DNA of 64,000 nt, from assembly GCA_947501605.1 (NCBI GenBank), contig CANMWZ010000002.1, positions 160,001 through 224,000 of the forward strand. Reading direction: 5' to 3'. Shown piece after piece: positions 9,752-19,697 of this stretch. Numbering within the stretch: position 1 is the first letter of the stretch; each line of letters opens with the position of its first letter. The notes beneath the pieces were generated by a model. That model was not told the DNA's origin, ran no database searches, and was given only the letters and a program-made list of their open reading frames with translations. This stretch comes from Planctomycetota bacterium (lineage in GTDB: Bacteria > Planctomycetota > UBA1135 > UBA2386). The position numbers and the translations under genes are program-made.

Positions 9752-10117
9752 TCAGGGATCTTGGTCGGGAACGATGCCGGGGCACGTGCGCAGGACCAAA
9801 TGGCGCAATCGCTCGTCGGTTCGTAGTTCGGGCCAGAACGGCCACTCACGGCACTTGCGCGGCCGCGTGGCGTAAATCGAGCAGCCCGCTTCACGACCGT
9901 CTGCCAGGAAGACGCAGCGGTTGCCGAGGCCGTCTTTCAACGTTGCCCCGTCGGCCATCAGATAGCGCGAGCGGAACGCGGCAAGGTCGAGGCCGAGCTG
10001 TGCGGCAATGCGCGCCTGTTCTTCTTCGGTGACCCGAACGAAGCCGCCAGGGATCGCACAGCAGTTGCCGGAGCGCTTGCATGCGAACGCGAACGGAAAG
10101 CCCTGTTGCCGTTGCAT
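9752..10117 (-). CDS. YkgJ-family cysteine-cluster (Zn/Fe-S) protein
   Basis: CKRSGNCC...CVFL...CSIYATRPRKCREWPFW...CPG. Confidence 0.85.
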   Translation of the reverse strand: MQRQQGFPFAFACKRSGNCCAIPGGFVRVTEEEQARIAAQLGLDLAAFRSRYLMADGATLKDGLGNRCVFLADGREAGCSIYATRPRKCREWPFWPELRTDERLRHLVLRTCPGIVPDQDP

Positions 10118-10123
10118 GACCGA

Positions 10124-11191
10124 TCAGTTGCGCCGACGACGCCGACGCAGACTGCCGCCGGCAAGGCGAGGTTTGGGTCGGCCCTCTTGTTCCTCGTGCT
10201 CGCGCTGCAACCGCTTGGCCTCGAGCCACGCGCGAATGTCCTTCTCCAGCTGTGTGGGGTCTTGGAACCGAATCTCGCGCTCTTTCGCCATCATCTTCTC
10301 GATGAAGTAGTGGACCTGCGGCGACAAGGCGAGCGCGCGGAAGCGTTCGCCAGATAGCGACTCGAGGACTTGCCTCCGCAGGACGTCCTCACTGTCGCGA
10401 CCCTCGAAAGGCAGGGACCCTGTGACGAGGTGGTATAGCGTCGCGCCAAGCGCGTAGATGTCGGCGCGCACATCGAGTTCGCCCGATCCCCGCGCCTGCT
10501 CAGGGGCGATGTAGTGCACAGTGCCGGCGGTGGTATCGGAGCGCGTTTGCGCCTCATTGCCCTGGACGGCGAAGCCCAAGTCGATCAACACCGCACCCCG
10601 GTCGACAGACCAGATCACGTTGCCTGGCTTCACGTCGCGATGCACCAAGCCCCGTGCATGCAAGGCGACCAGGGCCGAGGCGATCTCGGCAGTGATTTCC
10701 AAGGCGTCTTCCTCGTCCAGCCGACCGTGCTCACGGAGCCGATCCTGAAGGCACTCGCCCGGAAGCTCCTCCATCGCGAAATAGAACGTCTCGCCTTCGC
10801 GGGCGACCCGCAGTCCGCGGACGATGTGCGGATGCTGCAGGTCCATGAGCAGCTTTGCCTCCTTCACGAAGCCCTCGACCTGGACCCTGTCCTTGCCGAG
10901 TTCCGCCCGCAGGACCTTCAACGCGACGATGCTGCCATCCGTCTTGTCGATTGCCCGGAAGACGCGCGCTGTGCCACCCTCGCCCAGCAGCTCCTTGACG
11001 TCGTAGCGGGCGAGTTGCGGCCTCGTGCCGCCGGCCGTGCCGCGCCACTCGTCCCACTGAGCCTGCGTGCAGCAACGGTGCTGAACCAGCCACCCACCAG
11101 GGTCTGAGGACTGCATCGCAGCACGGGCGCTCGATTCGTCGACGAGTCCGCGGTGCACGAGCATCGCCAGCAGCTGTAGGTCCTGGGTCAT
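10124..11191 (-). CDS. Cytoplasmic Hanks-type Ser/Thr protein kinase
   Basis: GEGGTARV, VALK, HRDVKPGN, DLG, GTVHYIAPE, DIYALG; Arg-rich C-terminal tail. Confidence 0.92.
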   Translation of the reverse strand: MTQDLQLLAMLVHRGLVDESSARAAMQSSDPGGWLVQHRCCTQAQWDEWRGTAGGTRPQLARYDVKELLGEGGTARVFRAIDKTDGSIVALKVLRAELGKDRVQVEGFVKEAKLLMDLQHPHIVRGLRVAREGETFYFAMEELPGECLQDRLREHGRLDEEDALEITAEIASALVALHARGLVHRDVKPGNVIWSVDRGAVLIDLGFAVQGNEAQTRSDTTAGTVHYIAPEQARGSGELDVRADIYALGATLYHLVTGSLPFEGRDSEDVLRRQVLESLSGERFRALALSPQVHYFIEKMMAKEREIRFQDPTQLEKDIRAWLEAKRLQREHEEQEGRPKPRLAGGSLRRRRRRN

Positions 11192-11305
11192 AGCTGCTCT
11201 TTCGTTCGCATGGGCAACAACTAACGTCGATCGAAGCTGTCTCTCGTCAAGTCGAGAGGGCCTTTGCTCCGATGAACTGCCAGTCGCCTTGCTTGGAGTG
11301 GATAC

Positions 11306-12661
11306 GTGAAGCATCCAGACGCGAGCTTTGTCATCAAGTACTTCGATTTGATCGACGAGTTCATCAAGGTTCGGTGCTGCTCGGAAGAGCTGCTTGCCGA
11401 ACTTCATTCAGCCTCTGTAACCAACAAGGCCTCCTACCGGGATCGGGTAGTGCGCGCCTGTGTTCCTACCTTCGAAAACGAGATCCTCGCGGCCGTCGGC
11501 CGCATGGACGAGGACTACGATCTCGAGATCGTCGAGGAGTTGCTCTACCAGATTTGCATCGACGTCAACCCGTCGCTGGAAATCCACCAGGTGAGCATCC
11601 CGTCGCCCGGCAACCCAGCCGAGAAGGCGCAGACCCTCGACCCCTTCGAGGCGCGACCTGGTAGTGATGCCGCACGGCAACAACTCTACCGACGGGTCAA
11701 CAGCCTGGAGCGCATGCTCCGAACCCAGATCATCGGTCAGGAGCAGGCCATCTCCTCACTGGCTCGCGCAGTGAAGAAGGCCGCCGTCGGACTCAAGCGT
11801 CCGAGCAGCCCGATCGGGACGTTCCTACTGGTCGGCCGTACGGGCACCGGCAAGACCGAACTGGCCAAGGCACTGGCGCGCAACCTCTTCGAGGACCCCA
11901 ACGCGATGATCCGTATCGACTGCAGCGAGTATGCGCTGCCGCACGAGTACGCGAAGCTCATCGGCGCTCCGCCTGGCTACATCGGCCACAACGAGGGCGG
12001 CATGCTGACCGAAGCCGTCAAGAAGCGCCCGAACTGCGTTGTGCTCTTCGACGAAGTCGAGAAGGCGCACTACAAGGTTCACAATCTGCTGTTGCAGTTG
12101 CTCGACGAGGGCATCATCACCGACAGCAAGGGGCAAACGGTGGCCTTCCATCAGGCGCTGATCCTGATGACCAGCAACCTGGGGATCGAGAAGATCGACG
12201 CGATCCGAACGCGCATGGGCTTCTCGGCAGCGAGCAAGCGCCAGAGCCTGAGCGACGTCGATCTGGGAACGGTCACCAACGAAGCGCTACGCGACTTCTT
12301 CCGTCCTGAGTTCATCAACCGCATCGACGAAGTGGTGATGTTCAACCCATTGGACGTGAAGGTGTGCGAGCGCATCGCCGGAAACATGCTCCGCGAGGTC
12401 GCCGACCTGCTGAAGAAGCGCGGAATCGGCGCGACCTTCTCGCCGGGCGTCCGCGTGCAGCTCGCCAAGCTCGGATTCTCCGAAGAGTACGGCGCGCGCG
12501 AGCTCCGTCGTTTGATGAAGCGCCGCATCGAGGATCCGATCACGGAGTTGATCCTCGACAACGACCTGGGAACGGGTGCGTGCATCAACGTCCGCCTTCG
12601 CAGCGGTGAGTTCGCGTTCTCATCGACCACCGGTCGCGCCGCCAACCTCCAACCGGCCTGA
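11306..12661 (+). CDS. Single-AAA Clp/Hsp100-type ATPase (ClpC/ClpB D2-like) with uncharacterised N-domain
   Basis: IIGQEQA, GRTGTGKT, GAPPGYIG pore loop, VVLFDEVEK, TSNLG..MGF, FRPEFINRID, YGARELRR; no D1 domain. Confidence 0.88.
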   Translation: MKHPDASFVIKYFDLIDEFIKVRCCSEELLAELHSASVTNKASYRDRVVRACVPTFENEILAAVGRMDEDYDLEIVEELLYQICIDVNPSLEIHQVSIPSPGNPAEKAQTLDPFEARPGSDAARQQLYRRVNSLERMLRTQIIGQEQAISSLARAVKKAAVGLKRPSSPIGTFLLVGRTGTGKTELAKALARNLFEDPNAMIRIDCSEYALPHEYAKLIGAPPGYIGHNEGGMLTEAVKKRPNCVVLFDEVEKAHYKVHNLLLQLLDEGIITDSKGQTVAFHQALILMTSNLGIEKIDAIRTRMGFSAASKRQSLSDVDLGTVTNEALRDFFRPEFINRIDEVVMFNPLDVKVCERIAGNMLREVADLLKKRGIGATFSPGVRVQLAKLGFSEEYGARELRRLMKRRIEDPITELILDNDLGTGACINVRLRSGEFAFSSTTGRAANLQPA

Positions 12662-12720
12662 GTGGCCGGTCGTTGCGACCGGCTGTTTACACGCAGCCCG
12701 GCCGCCGGCATCGTCCCGGC

Positions 12721-14145
12721 ATGCCGACAGGCCACTGCAGTCTCCTGTTCACGTTCCTCTTCGCGGCTGCCTTCCAGGACCCTGGTGTGCGCACTGCCGG
12801 CGGTGTCGATCCGGCGGATGCCTCAGCGGCGCTGGCCCGCTACACCAGCGAACACGGCGATCGCGTAGTCACGCGCGGCGATGTCGCGTTGGAAATGGCC
12901 TTCCACCTCCGGCGCAAGGACGACGGCCGGGCTGCGTGCGCACAACTGGTGAAGTCTGCACTCGTTCGCCGTGCGGCAGCTCGTGAAGGCGTATGGCCTG
13001 GGTCCACCGCTCTTCAAGCTCGGTGGAACGAACTGCGGAGCCAGATGAAGGCTGCGGGCCGCGATCCGGACAAAGAACCCCTGCTGCGCAACTGCCCCGA
13101 GTCGGTGCTGCTCGACTACCTCGCTGTCGATCTAGCGCACGAGCAACTCGTCCGCCGCGAGCTGTCGCTGTCGAAGCAGGAACAGGTCAGCCCGGCGATG
13201 CTCGAGCTGTGGGTCAAAGAAGCGCGCGAGAGCGCCCGCATCATCGATGACCCCGACCAACTGCCGATCGGCACCGCGGCAAAGCTCGGCGACGACGGCC
13301 TTCCCCTGCTCGATCTCGGCATGCTGCTTCTGCGCAGTAGCGACCACGCGGAGATCGACAAGTTCGTGCGCCAAGTCGTTGTACTCGATTGCATCGAAGA
13401 CACGGCTCGCAGTGAGGGAGTCGAGGCTCTGGCCGAAGATCTCCGCATGGAGATCGACATGCGCAAGACCATGGCGGATCGCGATCCGCGCTTCGGCGGA
13501 TTGTCCTTCGAACAACTGCTGCGGGCCCAAGGCCTGACTCCGGACTGGCTGCTGCAGTCGCGGGTGTTTCGCGCGCAGATTCTGCAGAAGAAGGTGATCG
13601 CCAAGCGCCATCCAAAGTCGCAGTTGCTGGCTCGTCTCGCCAGTGATCGGTCGGGTGAACTGGAGCAGTTTGGCGCCCGGCGCCGACTGGCGATCGTGTT
13701 CCTTCGCGCACTCGACGAACCCAATGCAATCGTCCCCCGCGACTTCGACAAGGCGCTCGCCGACCTCGCAATCGTGAGCGCTCGACTCGCGAAAGAGTCC
13801 TTCGAATCCGTAGCGCGGATCGAGAGCGACGACCCCGGCACCAAAATGCGCGGCGGCGACTGCGGGTGGCTGCAGCGGCGCTCACGCGACCTGCCCGAGC
13901 CGGTGCTGGCGGCCGCCTTTGCCCTCAGCAGCGGCGGGGTGTCGGAACCGATCCGAGCTGACGACGGTTGCTATCTGGTCAAGCTGATGGGCGTCGAGCC
14001 CACACTCGACGACGATTCGGTCATCGCACGCATGCGCGAGCAGCTGGTCGAGGACTACACGCGGGAGCTGCTGAAGGAGGCGAACATTCGCCGCGCCGAT
14101 GGCACTCGACTCGACGGCAACGACACCACCGAGGGCCGGAAGTGA
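12721..14145 (+). CDS. Exported SurA/PrsA-like parvulin peptidyl-prolyl isomerase
   Basis: Signal peptide; C-terminal FESVARIESDDPGTKMRGGDCGW...AAFAL..GGVSEPI...GCYLVK rotamase motif. Confidence 0.8.
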   Translation: MPTGHCSLLFTFLFAAAFQDPGVRTAGGVDPADASAALARYTSEHGDRVVTRGDVALEMAFHLRRKDDGRAACAQLVKSALVRRAAAREGVWPGSTALQARWNELRSQMKAAGRDPDKEPLLRNCPESVLLDYLAVDLAHEQLVRRELSLSKQEQVSPAMLELWVKEARESARIIDDPDQLPIGTAAKLGDDGLPLLDLGMLLLRSSDHAEIDKFVRQVVVLDCIEDTARSEGVEALAEDLRMEIDMRKTMADRDPRFGGLSFEQLLRAQGLTPDWLLQSRVFRAQILQKKVIAKRHPKSQLLARLASDRSGELEQFGARRRLAIVFLRALDEPNAIVPRDFDKALADLAIVSARLAKESFESVARIESDDPGTKMRGGDCGWLQRRSRDLPEPVLAAAFALSSGGVSEPIRADDGCYLVKLMGVEPTLDDDSVIARMREQLVEDYTRELLKEANIRRADGTRLDGNDTTEGRK

Positions 14146-14930
14146 GCACGCTGCAAGAGTTGCGTCTCGTCGCGAACGGCTCAGAGCTTGTCGCCACCGC
14201 TCCCACCGGCAGTTGGTTCGTCGAGCTGCGCCGCGTGCGCATCGACACTCCACTCCTCCGCACGACGGGCGTCGGCGAGAGCTGCGCGTTGTTGCTCTCG
14301 GGCACCTTCGACTTGCGCGGCGGCCACACGCAATGGCAGAGTCGAGGCGCGCGCAAGTCGGAGTTCGAAGGCCGACCCGTCGCCGTGTTCTTGCCGCCGC
14401 ACACGGAGTTCGCTGCCGACAATGGCACAGGTGCGATTCTGTTCGTGGAAGCGCGACAACCAAGCGCGCTGCCAGCGACCGGCCGCGCGGCGCTTCGCCA
14501 GAGTCCGCTGTTGCCGCTCGCCGGCAGTGGCAAATCGTTCGATCCGACGATTGGCGAGTGGATGCCAGCTGAGTCGTTCCCAACCGCGGCCGAGTCGCTG
14601 CCCCCGCGGCGCATCGCCCAACTTCAGTGCGGACTGGTCCGCGTCGAGCGCGTGTTCGCGGCCGAATACAAGGCGATGTCGCTCGTCGTCGACGAAGCTG
14701 TGGTGCAGGGCGGGACCGCATGGGATCTCGCGGATCTGCCACTGCCGGCGTCGGCAACGGAAGCCCTGATCTACGTCCGCAGCGATGGCAAGGTAACGAT
14801 CAGCCTCGGCAATGAAGCAGTGACAGTGCAGGGCGAGAGCGTCGTGCATGCCACCGGGGCTATCGGCCGTCTCTGCATCGGGGCGTCGAGCGCTGCGGCC
14901 TACGCCGTCGTCGCCAGCACCAAGCAATGA
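14142..14930 (+). CDS. IolB/KduI-like cupin protein (divergent)
   Basis: GTGA overlap with the upstream gene; ESCALLLSG...RGARKSEFEGRPVAVFLPP resembles the IolB N-terminal cupin. Confidence 0.55.
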   Translation: MSTLQELRLVANGSELVATAPTGSWFVELRRVRIDTPLLRTTGVGESCALLLSGTFDLRGGHTQWQSRGARKSEFEGRPVAVFLPPHTEFAADNGTGAILFVEARQPSALPATGRAALRQSPLLPLAGSGKSFDPTIGEWMPAESFPTAAESLPPRRIAQLQCGLVRVERVFAAEYKAMSLVVDEAVVQGGTAWDLADLPLPASATEALIYVRSDGKVTISLGNEAVTVQGESVVHATGAIGRLCIGASSAAAYAVVASTKQ

Positions 14931-14954
14931 GCGGAACGGCGAGCGCAGCCGACC

Positions 14955-15395
14955 TCAGTCGAGATACTGGCCAACCCAGGCTTCGAGCTGCGACTGCGTC
15001 ATCGCTCCACTTTGCCGTGCGAACTCGACTCCGTTGCGAAACAGGAGCAGCGCAGGAATGCCACGGATCGAGAACGGTGCAACCACGGAGGGCTCGGCCT
15101 CGGTGTCGACTTTGGCAAACTGAACGCGACCTTGCAGCACACCCGCAGCAGCGTCGAAGTGCGGCGCCATCATCCGACACGGCCCGCACCAACCAGCCCA
15201 GAAGTCGACGAGCACCGGCAACTCGCAAGCAGCGAGGTACGGCGTAAACGTCGCGCTACCGAGTTCGATGGGATGGTCGGTCAGGAGCTTCGTGCGACAC
15301 GTGTGGCATACCGGCACATCCGCAAGCCGCGCTCGCGGCACGCGGTTCTTCGCGAGGCACTTGGAACACGGCAACACGATGTTCGGGACCTTCAT
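14955..15395 (-). CDS. trxC: Thioredoxin 2 with zinc finger
   Basis: CSKC..NRVP..CHTC Zn ribbon; DFWAGWCGPC; IRGIP. Confidence 0.93.
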   Translation of the reverse strand: MKVPNIVLPCSKCLAKNRVPRARLADVPVCHTCRTKLLTDHPIELGSATFTPYLAACELPVLVDFWAGWCGPCRMMAPHFDAAAGVLQGRVQFAKVDTEAEPSVVAPFSIRGIPALLLFRNGVEFARQSGAMTQSQLEAWVGQYLD

Positions 15396-15447
15396 GCGGA
15401 CCTCCTAGGCCAGAACACAACCGCACCCATCGCCCACCGACATCGAG

Positions 15448-16353
15448 TCAGCGACCGGAAGCGAACGCCGCGATAACCACCACGTCGCCGCCACCTTCGA
15501 GAGTCAACTTGGTCCCGGGTGCCTGGAAGTCCTTCGGCAGGTAGCCGAGCCCGCGGCGGCGCGCATGCTGGGGAACCGGTACCGCCGCCATCACGCGCCC
15601 AACCTGGAGATCGTCCTCGCACTCGTGCAGCACCACGGGTGCGTCGAGGCGGGGCCCCTCGACAAGGTCCAACAGGCACAAGGCACGGTTGGTGTGCCCG
15701 TAGGTGTGGACACGCGCGATGATCTCCTGGCCCGTGTAACAACCCTTGGTCGTCGAGCAGTGGTCGTCGAGGTCCGCTTCGAGCGCGAGCGTAGTCGCCT
15801 CGGTGTCGACTCCGACTTTGACGATGCCTGCTGCCATCCGAAAGCAATCCGCCAGATCGACGTCGAGTGCACTGCCCTGCAAGTTGGGTGCAAGCGCCGC
15901 GTCGGCCACATGGCAGCGCACAAACGCAACCCCGTAGCGCGTCCAGGCAAATCTCATCGCGTGCAGAGGCAGCGGCTCTGGTGTGCCTGACCGGGCGATC
16001 CACTCGCTGCACCCCGCGGCGGGCGACGGCACACCGATGGTCAACTTCTCACTGAAGTGGTAGCGCTGGCACAGCTGCACCAGCCGGTCCGCCTGGTGGG
16101 CTTGGACTTCGATGTGGAAGACCTCCGCCAACCGTTGCACGAGACAGGTGACGAGCACCTTCCCCTTGCTGTCGAGGAAGGTCGCGGGTGCCACAACCCC
16201 CTCGGCCAAACCGCGGACGTCCTGGCTGCATAGCCGCTGCAGAAAGTCGGCAGCATCCGGGCCAGCCACCGACACGAGGCAGAACGGTGCACCGGTACGA
16301 ACGAACGGCCCGCGAGCAAGCAGTTCCGAAATGAGAGGATCGCAAACGTTCAT
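15448..16353 (-). CDS. ygfZ: YgfZ/Iba57 folate-binding Fe-S maturation protein
   Basis: GPDAADFLQRLCSQD and the KGCYTGQEIIAR signature. Confidence 0.88.
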   Translation of the reverse strand: MNVCDPLISELLARGPFVRTGAPFCLVSVAGPDAADFLQRLCSQDVRGLAEGVVAPATFLDSKGKVLVTCLVQRLAEVFHIEVQAHQADRLVQLCQRYHFSEKLTIGVPSPAAGCSEWIARSGTPEPLPLHAMRFAWTRYGVAFVRCHVADAALAPNLQGSALDVDLADCFRMAAGIVKVGVDTEATTLALEADLDDHCSTTKGCYTGQEIIARVHTYGHTNRALCLLDLVEGPRLDAPVVLHECEDDLQVGRVMAAVPVPQHARRRGLGYLPKDFQAPGTKLTLEGGGDVVVIAAFASGR

Positions 16354-16442
16354 GGCATCGATCGTTCGAGCGCGCACGGCGGTCGGGCAGTGAATGTGCC
16401 CGATTGCGGGGCTTTTTCACGCCGATCCTTGTAAAGAGCACC

Positions 16443-16466
16443 AAACTAGACCTATTTTATCCGCCT
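16443..16466. promoter_or_regulatory. Candidate Rrf2/IscR-type operator
   Basis: AT-rich AAACTAGACCTATTTTATCCGCCT in the divergent ygfZ/isc intergenic region; loosely resembles the GAC-(A/T-rich) core of IscR type-1 sites. Confidence 0.4.
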
Positions 16467-16485
16467 CGTTCCAGTCGTCGACCGC

Positions 16486-17070
16486 ATGCTCCGAATCTCG
16501 AAGAAAGCCGACTACGCAGTGTTCTTGTTGGGCGCCATCGCCCGACAAGGGGCCTACCCCGGCGGTAGCGCCGCCGACAGCGTCGTCAGCGCGCACGAGA
16601 TCGCCCGTCAGGCCAACCTCAACAAGTCCGTCGTTGCGAACTTGCTGAAGTGTTTCGCCAAGGACGGGTTGCTGCTGTCGGTTCGGGGCCTCAAGGGCGG
16701 CTACAGACTCAGCCGCACGCCGCATGAAGTGACCCTCGGTGACGTCCTGCAGGTGATTGATGGCCCCTTCAACTTGGTCGACTGCATTCGCCTTCCCGAG
16801 GACAGCGGGAGCGCCGACGACCACCACTGCAGCCTGATCTCGTTCTGCCCGACCAAGAACCCGATGCGCATCGTGCACGACCGCATCGAACGCTTGTTCG
16901 CCGAAATCACACTCGCGGAGATGTCCGGTATGCAGGGTTGCCCAGCCACCCCGGTGTCCTTCGCCGCGTCCCCTGCGTCGACCCAGCACACGACTGCTGC
17001 TGCCAACAACATCCAGGCTCCCCAAAGCAGCGCGGCTCCTTCAAACCACCTGGCCAACGCCCGCCGATGA
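16486..17070 (+). CDS. Rrf2-family transcriptional regulator of the isc operon
   Basis: [23 protein letters not shown]-x14-C-x5-C ligands; first gene of the isc cluster. Confidence 0.9.
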   Translation: MLRISKKADYAVFLLGAIARQGAYPGGSAADSVVSAHEIARQANLNKSVVANLLKCFAKDGLLLSVRGLKGGYRLSRTPHEVTLGDVLQVIDGPFNLVDCIRLPEDSGSADDHHCSLISFCPTKNPMRIVHDRIERLFAEITLAEMSGMQGCPATPVSFAASPASTQHTTAAANNIQAPQSSAAPSNHLANARR

Positions 17071-18281
17071 AGACCCCGATTTACCTCGACTACAGCGCAA
17101 CAACGCCGTGCGACCCTCGGGTCGTCGAGCGCATGTTGCCATTCTTCACGGAGACGTTCGGGAACTCTGCGAGTCGCAGTCATTCGTTCGGCTGGACGGC
17201 CGAAGCAGCCGTCGAGAATGCTCGCGAACAGGTTGCCGAACTGATCCACGCGCATCCTAAGGAGGTGTTGTGGACCAGCGGTTCCACCGAGGCCAACAAC
17301 CTCGCGATCAAAGGCGTGGCGGAGATGTACCGGCAAAAGGGCAACCACCTCATCACGGCGATCACCGAACACAAGGCGGTGCTCGATCCGATGAAGCACC
17401 TCGAGTCCCAGGGCTTTGAGGTCACCTGGCTGCCCGTCGATGGCAAGGGCCGAGTGGACCTCGGACAGCTCGCCGCCGCGCTGACCGAGCGCACCTTGCT
17501 GGTGTCCTTGATGGCAGCCAACAACGAGATCGGCACCGTTCATCCACTCCGCGAGATCGGCAAGCTCTGCAAGCAGAAGGGTGTGCTGTTCCACACCGAT
17601 GCGACCCAGGCACCTGGCCGCATGGAACTCGATGTCGAGGCGCAGGGCATCGACCTGATGTCTCTGTCGGCCCACAAGTTCTACGGCCCCAAGGGTGTCG
17701 GCGCGCTCTACGTGCGGCGGAAGAACCCGCGGGTTCGACTAGCTGCCCAAATGGACGGTGGCGGCCACGAACGCGGCATGCGCTCGGGCACCCTCAACGT
17801 GACCGGCATTGTCGGCATGGGCGCAGCGGCAGCACTCGCCCGAACGGAGATGGCAGGAGAGACTGCACGACTCCGCGCGCTGCGGGATCGCCTCGAAGCG
17901 CGGTTGCTGCGAGGCTTCCCCGAGGCCGTCATCAACGGCGACATCGCCTCGCGGCTGCCGCACCTCGCCAACGTTTCATTCCCGTATGTCGAGGGAGAGT
18001 CGCTGATCATGGGCATCAAGGACCTTGCGGTGTCATCAGGATCAGCCTGTACCTCCGCGAGCCTGGAACCAAGCTACGTGCTGAAAGGCCTCGGCCTTGG
18101 TGACGAACTCGCCCACAGCTCGATCCGATTCTCCCTTGGTCGCTTTACCACCGAAGCCGAGGTCGACTTCGCCGCCGACCGCGTGATCACGGAAGCTATG
18201 CGCCTGCGCGACATGTCCCCGCTCTGGGAGATGGTCCAGGAGGGAATCGACCTGAGCAAGGTCAAGTGGACCGCGCACTGA
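17067..18281 (+). CDS. iscS: Cysteine desulfurase
   Basis: [44 protein letters not shown] tail. Confidence 0.97.
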   Translation: MKTPIYLDYSATTPCDPRVVERMLPFFTETFGNSASRSHSFGWTAEAAVENAREQVAELIHAHPKEVLWTSGSTEANNLAIKGVAEMYRQKGNHLITAITEHKAVLDPMKHLESQGFEVTWLPVDGKGRVDLGQLAAALTERTLLVSLMAANNEIGTVHPLREIGKLCKQKGVLFHTDATQAPGRMELDVEAQGIDLMSLSAHKFYGPKGVGALYVRRKNPRVRLAAQMDGGGHERGMRSGTLNVTGIVGMGAAAALARTEMAGETARLRALRDRLEARLLRGFPEAVINGDIASRLPHLANVSFPYVEGESLIMGIKDLAVSSGSACTSASLEPSYVLKGLGLGDELAHSSIRFSLGRFTTEAEVDFAADRVITEAMRLRDMSPLWEMVQEGIDLSKVKWTAH

Positions 18282-18333
18282 TCCTAGAACTCACAATCAC
18301 CCCCGAACCACTGCTCGAACGAGACAACCAGCC

Positions 18334-18753
18334 ATGGCTTACAGCGACAAGGTCCTCGACCACTATCAGAACCCGCGCAACGTCGGCGCGATGGACAAGA
18401 ACGCGTCCGACGTCGGCACCGGTGTCGTCGGCGCGCCCGAGTGCGGTGACGTGATGAAGCTGCAGATCAAGGTTGCCGCCGACGGCAGGATCCTCGACGC
18501 CAAGTTCAAGACCTACGGGTGCGGCTCAGCAATCGCGTCATCGTCGCTCGCCACCGAGTGGCTCAAGGGCACGACCGTCGACGACGCCGCGAAGATCAAG
18601 AACACGCAGATCGTCGAGGAGCTCGCCCTACCGCCGGTGAAGATCCACTGCAGCGTACTCGCCGAGGACGCGATCAAGGCTGCCATCGAGGACTGGCGCC
18701 AAAAGCAGGCCGCCGCGAAGCAGAACGCCGACGGCATCTCTGGAACCATCTGA
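18334..18753 (+). CDS. iscU: Fe-S scaffold protein
   Basis: MAYSDKVLDHYQNPRN, APECGD, GCGSAIASSS, LPPVKIHCSVLAEDA. Confidence 0.97.
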   Translation: MAYSDKVLDHYQNPRNVGAMDKNASDVGTGVVGAPECGDVMKLQIKVAADGRILDAKFKTYGCGSAIASSSLATEWLKGTTVDDAAKIKNTQIVEELALPPVKIHCSVLAEDAIKAAIEDWRQKQAAAKQNADGISGTI

Positions 18754-18763
18754 GGCCCCACCC

Positions 18764-19165
18764 ATGAGCAACCAGCCAACCACCGACATCAAGGCCGCGA
18801 CGGGCGAAGCCCCTGCCGCACCAAAGCCCGGCCGCGGCGTCACTGTGACCGAGCGCGCTGCGAAGGAAATCCAACGCGTCGTCCTGGAGCACAAGCTCCC
18901 CGCCGACTGCTGGGTGCGCATCGGTGCCAAGGGTGGTGGCTGCTCCGGCTTCTCGTACGTGCTCGACTTCGATCAGCAGGGGCCGACCGAATTCGACCTC
19001 ACGTTTGAGCAACATGGCGTGCGCGTTGTGATCGACAAGAAGAGCGAGTTCTTCATGGGCGGCACCATGCTCGACTTCAACGACGGGCTCCTCGACCGCG
19101 GCTTCCAGTTCAAGAACCCGATGGCTACCGGCACCTGCGGTTGCGGCACATCGTTCTCCGCCTGA
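18764..19165 (+). CDS. iscA: A-type Fe-S carrier (HesB/IscA)
   Basis: GGGCSGFSY and NP...CGCGTSF. Confidence 0.93.
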   Translation: MSNQPTTDIKAATGEAPAAPKPGRGVTVTERAAKEIQRVVLEHKLPADCWVRIGAKGGGCSGFSYVLDFDQQGPTEFDLTFEQHGVRVVIDKKSEFFMGGTMLDFNDGLLDRGFQFKNPMATGTCGCGTSFSA

Positions 19166-19178
19166 GCCATCTCTGCGT

Positions 19179-19697
19179 GTGATGATCTCCTCGACCGGTC
19201 TCGACCCATTCACCGTGTTCGGAGTCGAGCACCGGCTCGACCTCGACGAGCGCGCCCTAGAACGCCGATACCTCCAACTCTCGCGCGATTGCCATCCAGA
19301 CCTGCATCGCGCACAGGGAGCTGCCGACTGCGCGGCCGTGCTCGCGCGTGCCGCCGAAATCAACGACAGCTGGCGCGTGCTGAAGGACCGATGGGAACGC
19401 GCGCGCTCCCTGCTGGACCTGAGGGCCCCCGGCCGCTTGGGCGATGAGCGCGCCCTTGACCCCGAGTTTCTGGCAACCGCGCTCGACCTCGCCGAAGAAG
19501 TTGCTTTTGCCGACGAGACGACGCTGCCGAGCTTGCGAGCGCGCCTCAACAGCGCCTGCGACGAGGTCTACTCACACGTTTTGCGGGCTTGTGCCGCAGG
19601 TGACTTTGCCATGGCGGCTCGAAAGCTGCACGAAAGCAAGTACGTGCGTAAGGCACTCAAGGATCTCAGTGACCGCGCCGCTGGAGGCCCTTCGTGA
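19179..19697 (+). CDS. hscB: Fe-S co-chaperone (J-domain)
   Basis: HPD motif, [18 protein letters not shown]; position within the isc operon. Confidence 0.88.
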   Translation: MMISSTGLDPFTVFGVEHRLDLDERALERRYLQLSRDCHPDLHRAQGAADCAAVLARAAEINDSWRVLKDRWERARSLLDLRAPGRLGDERALDPEFLATALDLAEEVAFADETTLPSLRARLNSACDEVYSHVLRACAAGDFAMAARKLHESKYVRKALKDLSDRAAGGPS

